59,543 bases of DNA from a virus (IMGVR_UViG_3300036846_000476:1-59543), one strand, 5' to 3'; positions 38,108-47,311 are shown, counted from the stretch's first letter. Notes: generated by a model not told the origin, from the sequence alone. Program-made: numbers and translations.

Positions 38108-39517
38108 GTGGATTATATCCCGCCGCGCACCGTCGATGCGTTTATGCGGGACGATGCACGCATCAGGGTCATTGTAGGACCGTTGGGTTCTGGAAAAACT
38201 ATGGGCTGCATCATGGAGCTGTTGCGCTGGTCCTGCGCCCAGCGCCCCTACGAAAACACGCGGTACACAAGGTTCGCCCTCATCAGAAACACGCTGCAAC
38301 AGTTAAGACAAACCGTCCTAGCCGACACCATGAGCTACCTCGGCGGGATCGCGCACTACTACACTACAGACAGCACGATCCAGTTCCGTCTGACGCTGCC
38401 AGACGGCACTGACGTTCACTCTGATTGGATGCTGATCCCGTTGGACACCAAGGAGGATATCAGGAGGTTGCTGTCGACACAGCTCACCGGCGCCTACGTC
38501 AACGAGTTGCGCGAGGTACCTTTTGAAATTATAAGACCTCTATTAGGTCGGTGCGGACGATACCCGTCTAAAGTGCTGGGCGGGGCGAGCAGAAGAGGGA
38601 TCATCGGCGACACGAACCCCTGGGACACCGACAGCCCCTATCACGACCGCATGGTGCTCAACCCGCACCCCGCCTGGAAGTTGTTTCACCAACCCTCAGG
38701 CTTATCGCCCGAGGCCGAGAACATCGAGAACCTGCCCGAGGGCTATTACGACGAGCTGATGAACGACAAGGACCTCGACTGGTCCGACGTTCACGTACAC
38801 TCGCAATGGGGGACCAGCAATGCTGGTCAGGCAGTGTTTAGGCGAAGCTTCCACGCACCGACGCATGTCAAGGACATGGCGGAGGTGGTGAACCCGATGC
38901 TGCCGGTGATGGTGGGGCTCGACTTTGGCCGAACCCCATGCGCGGTGATTGGCCAGCACGATAATTTCGGGCGGGCGATCATCATGAAGGAGGTGATCAC
39001 CGAGGGGATGGGTTTGATCCAGATGGTGCAGGAACACCTGGTTCCCGCCCTGATGAAACACCCGTTTGTCGGCAAACGGGTGTTTATCGTCGCTGACCCC
39101 GCCGGCGTTCAGAAATCACAAACCGGCGAAGAGACGCCCTTCGATGTTTTGAAGGAACACGGGTTCCTCGCCTATCCCGCTTCCACCAATGATCTTGAAC
39201 CGAGGTTATTAGCGGTCGAGAGGTTGTTCCGGCAGACAGTCATGGGGCAACCGGCGATCCAGATCTCGCGTGTTGGCTGCCCAACACTGGTGCAGGCGTT
39301 GGGTGGAAAATACCGGTACCGCAGGCGACGGGACGGTCACTTCGACGACACGCCGGAGAAGCCCAACCATCCATGGTCCGACGTGTCGGACGCACTGCAG
39401 TACTTTTGTTTGGGCACGCAGATGCAATTAACCGGGCGAGTACTCGCCCGGTTCCAGCGCCAGCAACGAAGGAACGCGGCGCCACAGCAACGGATCACCG
39501 CAGCGGGGTGGACGTGA
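38108..39517 (+). CDS. Terminase large subunit
   Basis: GPLGSGKT Walker A, YVNE Walker B, DTNP, GLDFG and SDVSDALQY nuclease motifs. Confidence 0.92.
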   Translation: MDYIPPRTVDAFMRDDARIRVIVGPLGSGKTMGCIMELLRWSCAQRPYENTRYTRFALIRNTLQQLRQTVLADTMSYLGGIAHYYTTDSTIQFRLTLPDGTDVHSDWMLIPLDTKEDIRRLLSTQLTGAYVNELREVPFEIIRPLLGRCGRYPSKVLGGASRRGIIGDTNPWDTDSPYHDRMVLNPHPAWKLFHQPSGLSPEAENIENLPEGYYDELMNDKDLDWSDVHVHSQWGTSNAGQAVFRRSFHAPTHVKDMAEVVNPMLPVMVGLDFGRTPCAVIGQHDNFGRAIIMKEVITEGMGLIQMVQEHLVPALMKHPFVGKRVFIVADPAGVQKSQTGEETPFDVLKEHGFLAYPASTNDLEPRLLAVERLFRQTVMGQPAIQISRVGCPTLVQALGGKYRYRRRRDGHFDDTPEKPNHPWSDVSDALQYFCLGTQMQLTGRVLARFQRQQRRNAAPQQRITAAGWT

Positions 39518-39699
39518 TGAAAAGCGCGATCGATTGGGGGTCAAAACCCGAGCCCTACCGCTCGATCGGCCTGGCCTTCGTGCAGGACCTGAAACGCATT
39601 TGTGGTGACGTAAAGAAAGAAGTGGGTGCGTTTAAGGCACCCAAACGTAACCCCCCGAACTGGCACCCGGTGAGCAAGGATCAACTCAAGAGGTGAGTT

Positions 39700-40002
39700 A
39701 TGACACCTGCAGACGCAACACGTAAGAGGATTGCCAGCAATCCTCTTAACACCATTGCCGAGGTACGTGACGCACAACGCGCGCTGGCCCTGATGGAATA
39801 CCTGCTCACCCCGGTAGCGCTGTGGGCGTCGGGGAAGAGCTGCCAGAATAAACCATGTTGCAGCGTGTGTCAGAAAACCGCCGGATCGATCTATCAGGTA
39901 CACGAGGTATGGTACTGCCTCGACCATATTCCCAACACAACCACCTTCCCGATCGGCCTGCACGGCGAGGAGTTCAAGTCCTACCAGGAGCGCCGGAAGT
40001 GA
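39700..40002 (+). CDS. Hypothetical Zn-finger-like protein
   Basis: GAGGTG RBS; CSVC...YCLDH. Confidence 0.55.
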   Translation: MTPADATRKRIASNPLNTIAEVRDAQRALALMEYLLTPVALWASGKSCQNKPCCSVCQKTAGSIYQVHEVWYCLDHIPNTTTFPIGLHGEEFKSYQERRK

Positions 40003-40232
40003 GGCGCTGGACTACTGGCGAACTCCGGATCGTGCGACGAGTAGCGGAGGCCGGCGGAAGTTCGCTAGATGCTATGCACGCGCTCGCGGAAGCTGGCTAC
40101 ACCCGATGCCGTGGTTCAGTACGCACGTTCGCGATTGACCAAGGCATTGTCTTCCCGGCCGCGCTCCGTTGGCGTACGAAACAGCGCCGACTGGCGCGAC
40201 TAGCAGCACAGGGTCGCGACGCAGCCGATTAA
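39999..40232 (+). CDS. Hypothetical protein (possible HTH)
   Basis: GTGA overlap; RRWTTGEL start. Confidence 0.45.
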   Translation: MRRWTTGELRIVRRVAEAGGSSLDAMHALAEAGYTRCRGSVRTFAIDQGIVFPAALRWRTKQRRLARLAAQGRDAAD

Positions 40233-40702
40233 CCCCCAATGCTCAAACAGCAGTGCAGCGTCACGGTTAAGACAGCGATAAGAGCCTGTAGTTTGGGTTT
40301 CAGCGACCGGTTGGCGCGCGCGCCAGCTTTCTTGACCTCGGCCTCGGCATCGTGGACGCATTTGGCGATCTCGGGGTTGGGGATGATGTAGCGCACCTTG
40401 ATCGTGCTGGGACGGTTCGCGACGTTGCCCTTCTTGGTCTCGGTGACGATCTTGATGTCGTCCGTCGCTTGTCGTTGCGACAAGACGACGTCAACTGTCG
40501 GTACCGAAATATCGAGGTGCGCCGCTATCACTGGCCGCGTCGGGAAGGGTAGGGGCGGGCGGTGGTCGTTCAGCTTGACGATCAGAGCCAGGACCTTGGC
40601 GGTGGCCGCCGGCGGCCGCTGCGTCTGGCCCCGTTCGCGCAACAGCTTGGTGAGCTGGTCGACGACATAGCCGTCGATAATCGGCAGTGATGTGCTAGCC
40701 AT
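40229..40702 (-). CDS. Winged-HTH DNA-binding protein (regulator candidate)
   Basis: FPTRPVIAAHLDISVPTVDVVL HTH followed by beta wing. Confidence 0.65.
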   Translation of the reverse strand: MASTSLPIIDGYVVDQLTKLLRERGQTQRPPAATAKVLALIVKLNDHRPPLPFPTRPVIAAHLDISVPTVDVVLSQRQATDDIKIVTETKKGNVANRPSTIKVRYIIPNPEIAKCVHDAEAEVKKAGARANRSLKPKLQALIAVLTVTLHCCLSIGG

Positions 40703-40751
40703 TTGCAGACGGTTCCCCGGTGGAGGGTTGTTGGTCGGTCGAAGTTATAAT

Positions 40752-40764
40752 TATAGGGACTGTA
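40752..40764. promoter_or_regulatory. Motif B TATAG-GGA-CTGTA upstream of the wHTH gene
   Basis: Read directly. Confidence 0.7.
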
Positions 40765-40906
40765 AAAGCCCGCGTAAAGGCTTATGTTTTTAGAACACAG
40801 CGATTACAGGTTCGTTACCATCCTATAAATATTACCCCTGTTGGATCGGATGCAACAAGGAGATACGGAAAAACCCGTACCCCTATGGGGTTAGGCAGGT
40901 AGGCGC

Positions 40907-41503
40907 TTAGTTAAAATTCCAGAAACGCGCGACGGCGGTCTTGATACCGCCGGCCTGCCGATCAAGCTGCAGCTCGACGATCGCACCCCCGACAAAGGGG
41001 GCACGACGGGAGCCCGAGAAGCTGGGAACCTCGACCGTATAGGAACCACCGTCCTGGTGGTAGGCACCAGTCCGACTGCCATGAACCAGCAAAAGGTGGT
41101 GGTCTGTGACGCCGGAAACGGGGAAGGGCCTGTTCTCGAAAAATACCGGCACCCGGGTCTCGCCGTGCACCAGCTCGAGGGTGCCGAAATCGTGCCAGTC
41201 GTGGCGCGCTGCGACGCGCATGGCCGGCTCGATCCTGCTGACCGGGTTGGCGCGAAACAGCGTGGTGAGGTTCTCGACCTGCGGATAATAACGCGGCGCG
41301 TCTTTTGGGTGTAGGTTTTCGTCGAGCAGATCGCCGAGGTGTATGACCTTGTCGGCGCCGTGTTTCACGAGTTCGTGAAGGAAGCTGCCGAGATCAGCAA
41401 TACGCGCGGCGGGGCCGCCCAGCAGGGTAGATCCCACGACCCCGAAGATAATGCTACCCGACGCGTCGGTGTGCAGCTCCCCGTGATGAAGCGATGTCGC
41501 CAT
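40907..41503 (-). CDS. Degenerate calcineurin-like metallophosphoesterase
   Basis: DKVIHLGDLLD motif present; DxH and GNH motifs not evident. Confidence 0.5.
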   Translation of the reverse strand: MATSLHHGELHTDASGSIIFGVVGSTLLGGPAARIADLGSFLHELVKHGADKVIHLGDLLDENLHPKDAPRYYPQVENLTTLFRANPVSRIEPAMRVAARHDWHDFGTLELVHGETRVPVFFENRPFPVSGVTDHHLLLVHGSRTGAYHQDGGSYTVEVPSFSGSRRAPFVGGAIVELQLDRQAGGIKTAVARFWNFN

Positions 41504-41818
41504 GAAGCCTCGTCGTCAAATTGGCGTTCTCCCGCGCCCGGTCTTTTGGATATCGTGGCGCATATATCACGAACCCGCAATCACTTCTGAGCGTCGGTTC
41601 AGGTTTTAAGCGTTGCGGAGTCCAGTCACGCTACCGTAAGGTCGATCTTACGGCAACTATAAAAACGAACTCGGGATGGATTGCATTTTAGAGATTGGGT
41701 TTTTAGAGCCCTCTCGTATGAGTGGCTTGGGTGCGCGCGCCGGCTCCCACCCCCCTTGGACAGGTGGCCACCCCGGCCCGGCCCTTTGGCCGATCCAGTG
41801 ACACAAACACCACCCCGT

Positions 41819-41834
41819 TTAGTACCGGTACTAA
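41819..41834. repeat. Motif A (exact), upstream of the stand-alone gene
   Basis: Read directly. Confidence 0.97.
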
Positions 41835-41878
41835 CCCGGTTAGTCATTTTTCCATAGGTGCCAACAATGGAGGATTTA

Positions 41879-42751
41879 ATGGCAAAATCGGCAAAGACAC
41901 TCGCAGCATCCGTCGCGCCCGTCGCCACTGCGCCAGTGGCCGGATCGCAGGATGAAATCAACAACGCCGTTGTTGATCTTTTCACTAACTACCGCACTGC
42001 GGAGCGCGCCAAGGAATTGCTCGATAACGATGTTATCAAAGCGGGCCAAGCCAAGGCGAGCGCGGAAGAATTACTCTTCGTCAATCTCGCGTCTGCGGCA
42101 TTCAAGGGTAGCTGGCCGGAACCCGCTTGCAAGGTCGCGATTGAAGCCGCGATCGTTAAGCACTATGGCAATCGCGCAAGCGATACGAAGGATACGACGA
42201 TCAACATTCTCAAATCGCGTTGCATCGCCGTTACCCGCGTTCTCGTGCGTCGCGACGTTCCCGCGATGATGGAATGCTGCAAACAGGAATTTGCCAACAA
42301 CGAAGAGAATGCGAAAAAATTCGCCGCGCGGCCAATCCAAGCATTTTTGAAATTGGTCACTCATGCGAGCGAAACGTTCAAAGATGGCGCAAACAAGGGT
42401 AATGCGATCAATAAGCCAATCACCACAACGGCGGCATTGCAGGTTTACGCCCGTAAACATCCCAAGGGAACGCCCGCTCCGCGCGCGTCCGCTACGCCCG
42501 CAACGCCCGCGCCTACTGGTGATGCATGGTCACAAGCCAGTGCCATGATCGCGGAACTGGCCAAACAGTTCCCGGCACAAGAAGCGCATTTCGCCAAGAT
42601 CGCGGCTGAACTCAAAGCCGCAAACGAAGCGGAAAAGAGCGCGGCCGAACCCGCGACGGGTGCGGCGGAACTCGACGATGCATTGAGCGAAGATGCACCG
42701 TTGACCCTAGCCGCGCTCGCAAAGATGGGGCTTAAGCTAGTCGCAGCCTAG
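41879..42751 (+). CDS. Stand-alone Ala/Lys-rich protein, function unknown
   Basis: GGAGG RBS before ATG 41879; followed by two terminators. Confidence 0.8.
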   Translation: MAKSAKTLAASVAPVATAPVAGSQDEINNAVVDLFTNYRTAERAKELLDNDVIKAGQAKASAEELLFVNLASAAFKGSWPEPACKVAIEAAIVKHYGNRASDTKDTTINILKSRCIAVTRVLVRRDVPAMMECCKQEFANNEENAKKFAARPIQAFLKLVTHASETFKDGANKGNAINKPITTTAALQVYARKHPKGTPAPRASATPATPAPTGDAWSQASAMIAELAKQFPAQEAHFAKIAAELKAANEAEKSAAEPATGAAELDDALSEDAPLTLAALAKMGLKLVAA

Positions 42752-42768
42752 CAGCCCTAACCCCGATC

Positions 42769-42825
42769 AGCCCCGCGCGAAAGCGCGGGGCTTTCTTTTT
42801 GTCCGCGCCTAAGCGCGGGTTTTTT
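42769..42825 (+). terminator. Tandem Rho-independent terminators
   Basis: AGCCCCGCGC-GAAA-GCGCGGGGCT+T run, then CCGCGC-CTAA-GCGCGG+T run. Confidence 0.88.
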
Positions 42826-43099
42826 ATGCCCTATAGGCTCACTAGATCGTCGCAGAGTGTAGGGAACGATTGCAGGTAGGGGTATACCTGGGAACCCATT
42901 GCATGCCTTCCACAGCGCTCTAATGCGCTCCTATAAGGTATTGGCGGATAGAGTATCCGCTTTATGTTGTGTCGGATCAACGGGTTATGGTGCGCGACGC
43001 TGCCTAACCTATGCTTTGACCCATGCTCGCGACGGGTTATGAATGCAAAAGGATGCATTCTGTTAACCATCGGTTTGCATCCTTTGTTTTGTTTATGAT

Positions 43100-43600
43100 G
43101 GTCTATAGGATCGCTAACAGATTGATGTAATAGGTAAAAGTAATAATTCATATCTTATATATAGTAATATATTTAAATAATTTATTTTATTTACTGTTTA
43201 CGGATATACAGTACGTAGAGGTACAATTTTTCGATGATGTGAGACGCGATCGGGCGTGACCCCTTAACACTAGGTACCCTCCAAAACCGTGCATCAATTA
43301 AACGTTTTATGTAACGCCTTGTTATCATTGCGTTATGTCGCTCGCGTCATGGTGCATCAATACTGAATTTAGTGTGCATTAGTTCCGTTAGTACCGGTAC
43401 TAAGAGTTTACAAACCATCATATTTAAAAATGACGTCAAAACGCGAAAGAAACTGACGTCAAAATTAAGTTACGATAATCTACAGGCTCAAAGTGACGTC
43501 AGTTCTCATGCCGCACTGACGTCACTTTCAATCCATTCATCACCTGGATCAATCAATTCGACGTCAATTTGGTCCGCACGTTCTGTAATGAGTGACGTCA
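43100..43600. other. AT-rich region plus TGACGTCA array (origin/control region candidate)
   Basis: Nearly pure AT tract about 43135-43200; TGACGTCA at 43431, 43454, 43494, 43517, 43593 and CGACGTCA at 43559. Confidence 0.6.
43388..43403. repeat. Motif A (exact)
   Basis: Read directly. Confidence 0.97.
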
Positions 43601-43697
43601 AAAACCGCGAGAACGGGCGTCGGTCGCCCATCATGGTTTTTGTCGCGTGCAGCCGCCGTATCTCATCGGGTGAGAGCGTGATCTGTATGCGAGCCAT
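43506..43697 (-). CDS. Ribbon-helix-helix (CopG/MetJ-like) protein
   Basis: RIQITL strand, SPDEIRRL helix, FSRFLTSLI helix; GGGAG RBS. Confidence 0.6.
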   Translation of the reverse strand: MARIQITLSPDEIRRLHATKTMMGDRRPFSRFLTSLITERADQIDVELIDPGDEWIESDVSAA

Positions 43698-43721
43698 CTT
43701 CCAAACTCCCTCGCGCGAGTT

Positions 43722-43734
43722 TATAGTTCCTGTA
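43722..43734. promoter_or_regulatory. Motif B TATAG-TTC-CTGTA between the divergent RHH gene and 43763
   Basis: Read directly. Confidence 0.7.
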
Positions 43735-43762
43735 TGTTATCATATATACCAGGGAACGCGCG

Positions 43763-44053
43763 ATGCCCCAGATCACCCGGCTACAGTTAGATCAACTGGT
43801 CGAGAACGTCTGCCTCAGCTCCGATACCGACATTCGATCCCAAGGCGACGCACCGGCCGAGCTGACCGCTGAACTATCGCTCCTGACCAAGCTCTGCGCC
43901 CACGATGCATGGAAGGAAGTTGCTAACCAAATCGGTGCCAACCCTAGCGAACCGACACTGACACTAGACCAAGGTGACCTAGTTACCATGATGCGCTCGC
44001 TGTTCCTGTCGAGGTTCCAACCGTCACTCAGCACCACAAAAGCAATCAACTAG
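43763..44053 (+). CDS. Hypothetical protein
   Basis: Coherent 96-aa ORF. Confidence 0.55.
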   Translation: MPQITRLQLDQLVENVCLSSDTDIRSQGDAPAELTAELSLLTKLCAHDAWKEVANQIGANPSEPTLTLDQGDLVTMMRSLFLSRFQPSLSTTKAIN

Positions 44054-44092
44054 GGATTACTTGTGCTATAGTTAAAAACACACATTTTTTAC

Positions 44093-44121
44093 TTGACAAT
44101 TACAGTAAAAGTTGGTATAAT
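44093..44121 (+). promoter_or_regulatory. Consensus sigma70 early promoter
   Basis: TTGACA-17 bp-TATAAT with extended -10 TG and AT-rich upstream tract. Confidence 0.9.
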
Positions 44122-44169
44122 ACTGGCATAATAAAAAACACCGCAAGAAACGATAGCGAAAGCGACGGG

Positions 44170-44185
44170 TTAGTACCAGTACTAA
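44170..44185. repeat. Motif A variant TTAGTACCAGTACTAA within a 26-bp palindrome (44165-44190)
   Basis: Read directly; in the leader of the early promoter. Confidence 0.93.
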
Positions 44186-44210
44186 CCCGTAATTATAGGA
44201 GCTATGGACT

Positions 44211-44543
44211 ATGGCCAAACGACACAACGACGCCCTCGCGATCAGCATGGGCGCTTGCAACCCGTCGGGCATCGCACTGTCTATCGTGGATGCGTGCCGG
44301 GAAATCCGCGACGAACCAAACTACGGCGGCACTGACATGCTCACTTCCGATCCGGCAGTGAAGCTCATGGTCAGCCAGCTATCGTTCATCGTGGGCAACG
44401 GTGAGATGGGGCTCGATCAGTACAACCATTGCATGGTTGTCTGTCGGGCGCATCGTGACCTTAGCGATGGCTCTCGCACGGTTAGTACCGGTACTAAGAT
44501 GATGGATGACACCCAGCCCAACCTCATCGGCATATACTGGTGA
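44211..44543 (+). CDS. Hypothetical early protein
   Basis: AGGAG RBS; first gene after the promoter. Confidence 0.7.
   Translation: MAKRHNDALAISMGACNPSGIALSIVDACREIRDEPNYGGTDMLTSDPAVKLMVSQLSFIVGNGEMGLDQYNHCMVVCRAHRDLSDGSRTVSTGTKMMDDTQPNLIGIYW
44482..44497. repeat. Motif A (exact), in-frame (VSTGTK)
   Basis: Read directly. Confidence 0.97.
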
Positions 44544-44558
44544 AGGGGGACTTAAACA

Positions 44559-44753
44559 ATGATGACAATTGAAGAGTTCAAGCTGGCTTTGATGGATGTC
44601 GAGACAAGAGACGCCTGTTGGATCAAGGCCATCATCGCGGTGATGGTCTGTGGTTCGATCGGAATGCTGGGCTTCAACCCGGACTTCTGGTTCACGCTGG
44701 GGTTCGTACTGGGCGCGCTCTTCGGCGGGATGGGACTAGCGAAGCGTAATTAA
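44559..44753 (+). CDS. Small two-TM membrane protein
   Basis: Two hydrophobic segments; AGGGGG RBS. Confidence 0.6.
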   Translation: MMTIEEFKLALMDVETRDACWIKAIIAVMVCGSIGMLGFNPDFWFTLGFVLGALFGGMGLAKRN

Positions 44754-44765
44754 ACAAACCAAACC

Positions 44766-45590
44766 ATGAAAGGATGGATGGACATGACTGCATATCGTTC
44801 CTATTGGACTGGCCTACTCAAGCTCTCACTCGTGACAGTTCCGGTGAAGTTGTACTCTGGTACAACCGAGCGCGAGAAACCCAAATTCCACCAGATACAC
44901 GAACCATCAGGAGAAAGAGTAAGACAGCAGCTCGTGGTTCCTGGTATCGGTCCTGTCGAGAGGTCCGATATCGTGAAGGGCTACGAGTACGCCAAGAACC
45001 AGTATCTCACCATCGCACCTGAAGAGCTGGCGTGCCTCAAGCTCGAGACCACCGACACGCTGGACCTGGTTCAGTTTGTTGATGTGGATGATGTTCATGC
45101 AAATGAACAATACGTGGGTGATCCGATGTTCCTTGCGCCCGACGGCAAGGCAGGCGCCGAGGGGTACCGCGCTATCAGGGATGCGCTCGCCAACTCCGGC
45201 ACAGCCGGAGTTGGGCGCGTGGTGATCTCTCAGATCGAGCGCACGGTTCTGGTGCGCCCGTACCTCAACGGGCTTTTACTCAACGCCCTCAGGTACCAGG
45301 ACGAGGTTAAGGACGCGGGTAGTATATTTGAAGGTGTTGACGATGATCCCGTCGAGGACGGGATCATCGCGATGGTGACCTCGCTTATATCATCTAAATT
45401 AAAACCACTCGATATCACCGCGTTCAAGGACACCTACCAGGACGCGGTGCGCGAGTTGATCAAAAACAAGCTGGATGGCGTTGAGATCACCGCGCCCGCT
45501 CCCAAGAAGCAGGCGCAGGTGGTGAACCTGATGGACGCGCTCAAGCAGTCGCTTGCTTCTGTTACCAAACCCAAGAAGCGCGCGGCTTAG
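44766..45590 (+). CDS. ku: Ku DNA end-binding protein (NHEJ)
   Basis: WTGLLKLSLVTVPVKLY, IVKGYEY, LRYQDEV, FKDTYQ..V.ELI..K, VVNLMDALKQSL. Confidence 0.93.
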   Translation: MKGWMDMTAYRSYWTGLLKLSLVTVPVKLYSGTTEREKPKFHQIHEPSGERVRQQLVVPGIGPVERSDIVKGYEYAKNQYLTIAPEELACLKLETTDTLDLVQFVDVDDVHANEQYVGDPMFLAPDGKAGAEGYRAIRDALANSGTAGVGRVVISQIERTVLVRPYLNGLLLNALRYQDEVKDAGSIFEGVDDDPVEDGIIAMVTSLISSKLKPLDITAFKDTYQDAVRELIKNKLDGVEITAPAPKKQAQVVNLMDALKQSLASVTKPKKRAA

Positions 45591-45602
45591 TACCGGTACT
45601 AA
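45587..45602. repeat. Motif A (exact); supplies the Ku stop codon
   Basis: Read directly. Confidence 0.97.
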
Positions 45603-45660
45603 AGGACAAGACGGTGAGTGTCCATAACAACCCCGTCAGCCGGTGGGCGTTTAGGGAACG

Positions 45661-46281
45661 ATGCCGCGACCGGCAACCAACATGGAAAGGATGGACATGA
45701 GTGCATTTGTTGTGAGTAACGAGACGATCCACCGCTGCGTGAGCGCGTTGGCACCGCCCGATCCGCATTGGGTCGAGAAATGGGCCGAGTACAAAGAACA
45801 CAACGTGCGGCTGCAGCAGGGGAAGCGTACACGCAAGATCATCAATCCTGTCGACTGGCAGGCGGTGTGGCGCACCCTTGAAACCGCTGGGCAGAAGCTC
45901 GGTCGGGATTTGCTCAAGCTGAACTGCGACGCGGTGGTGCAGCGCTACCCTTGTGACCACCACGACATGACCCAGGATGAGCAAGGCAGGTGGTACTACG
46001 AGACCTACACTTACCGGCCAGTCAACGGTACGCCAATCGAGAAGCTCAAGGCGCTCGACTGCCTGATCTACCAGTGCAGCGAGGGCGACGTGCCAGAGAC
46101 CGAGTTATATAAGCGGCTCGTCAAGGTAAGTGACGAGCTGCACGCCGAGATCGCAAAGACGATACCATCGCAGATACCCGAGGGCGCGATCCCAGTCTTT
46201 GCCTACGCCAACCCGGAGAAGCCCGATCCGGTGCGCAGCACGGCGGCTTACAACAAGGCGCCGTGGGATTGGAGGGAGTGA
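45661..46281 (+). CDS. Hypothetical phage protein (probable start MSAFVVS)
   Basis: GAAAGGATGGAC leader as before other early genes. Confidence 0.7.
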   Translation: MPRPATNMERMDMSAFVVSNETIHRCVSALAPPDPHWVEKWAEYKEHNVRLQQGKRTRKIINPVDWQAVWRTLETAGQKLGRDLLKLNCDAVVQRYPCDHHDMTQDEQGRWYYETYTYRPVNGTPIEKLKALDCLIYQCSEGDVPETELYKRLVKVSDELHAEIAKTIPSQIPEGAIPVFAYANPEKPDPVRSTAAYNKAPWDWRE

Positions 46282-46284
46282 ACG

Positions 46285-46521
46285 ATGAGCAAACTCACAT
46301 ACTCGGACGGCAGGCCTTTGGTCCTGCCCAAGACCGGCTTCTCGATCGAGGCCTACGGGCTCACCATCGAGGGCATGCCGGGCTTTTATCCGGCGCTGGT
46401 CATCATCGACTACCTGACCGAAGAGTACATCGCGCATGAAAAGGTCGGTGACACTAGCTACCCGACCGAACAGCAAGCCGTCGACGCGGCGCAGCGCGAA
46501 TTGGACAGCTACAATGAGTAA
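46285..46521 (+). CDS. Hypothetical protein
   Basis: GGAG RBS. Confidence 0.65.
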   Translation: MSKLTYSDGRPLVLPKTGFSIEAYGLTIEGMPGFYPALVIIDYLTEEYIAHEKVGDTSYPTEQQAVDAAQRELDSYNE

Positions 46522-46714
46522 AGATGAACTCGCAGCGATCCTCGACCTTACCCTCGCGGTCAGGCAACTGACCAGGGAGTTCGAGCAGCTGTCGATAGAC
46601 TGTCACCGCATCGCCAACGCCCTAGAGAAACCGTCTCCTGGTTGGAGACGTGCGCTTGACGAGTTCAAGGGCGCGGTCTCCCGCATCCCCACCAGCATTA
46701 GGACGAGGTTCTAA
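46514..46714 (+). CDS. Hypothetical protein
   Basis: Overlap coupling. Confidence 0.5.
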   Translation: MSKDELAAILDLTLAVRQLTREFEQLSIDCHRIANALEKPSPGWRRALDEFKGAVSRIPTSIRTRF

Positions 46715-46920
46715 TGACCACCACTATCATCAGCGATAGTGGCTGGTGGAAGGCCACCCTCGACGTACGCGACGATGGCGTGCACGTCGCGTTCTGGCAC
46801 TACGACGGCGCCGGCTGGTCGCGGCGTCACCGGGACGTGCTGCACGCACCACTGCATGCGGTGCGTGACGAGGTGAGCATACGCGTGAACCAACTCAAAC
46901 GCGAGGTATGGACGAAATGA
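46714..46920 (+). CDS. Hypothetical protein
   Basis: TAATG coupling; GAGG RBS. Confidence 0.6.
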   Translation: MTTTIISDSGWWKATLDVRDDGVHVAFWHYDGAGWSRRHRDVLHAPLHAVRDEVSIRVNQLKREVWTK

Positions 46921-47114
46921 TGGTACCCCGACACAAATGGGAAGTGACGTTCCAGGACAAGGACGATAACTGGTGCTGGTACTGGACCGAGCCGATGACC
47001 TTTCGCGAAGCGGTGCTCGACGCCCTTGGCAAAGAGCAGCGCCATTTCCGCAACTGCGATCTCATTGCCATTCGCAGTGAGAGTGAACTCAAACAGGAAA
47101 GGAAAGCAGCATGA
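46908..47114 (+). CDS. Hypothetical protein
   Basis: Coupled ORF. Confidence 0.55.
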   Translation: MDEMMVPRHKWEVTFQDKDDNWCWYWTEPMTFREAVLDALGKEQRHFRNCDLIAIRSESELKQERKAA

Positions 47115-47293
47115 ACCGATCGAACTTGTGTAATTGTGGTTCTGGTGAGCCGAAGCGGCCAGCCTGTGATGCGCGCGGCATCTTTGTTGCGTATGTCTGC
47201 GACGCCTGCGAGCAGGAGAAGCTTTCAGGTTATCGTCGCGATGTTTTCACCAACCCCAACTACTGGCACGACGAGCCAATCGACGAGTGCTAA
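47111..47293 (+). CDS. Small Cys-rich (Zn-ribbon) protein
   Basis: CNCGSG...DARGIF...CDAC. Confidence 0.65.
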   Translation: MNRSNLCNCGSGEPKRPACDARGIFVAYVCDACEQEKLSGYRRDVFTNPNYWHDEPIDEC

Positions 47294-47311
47294 TATTATA
47301 GCACCCGTATT

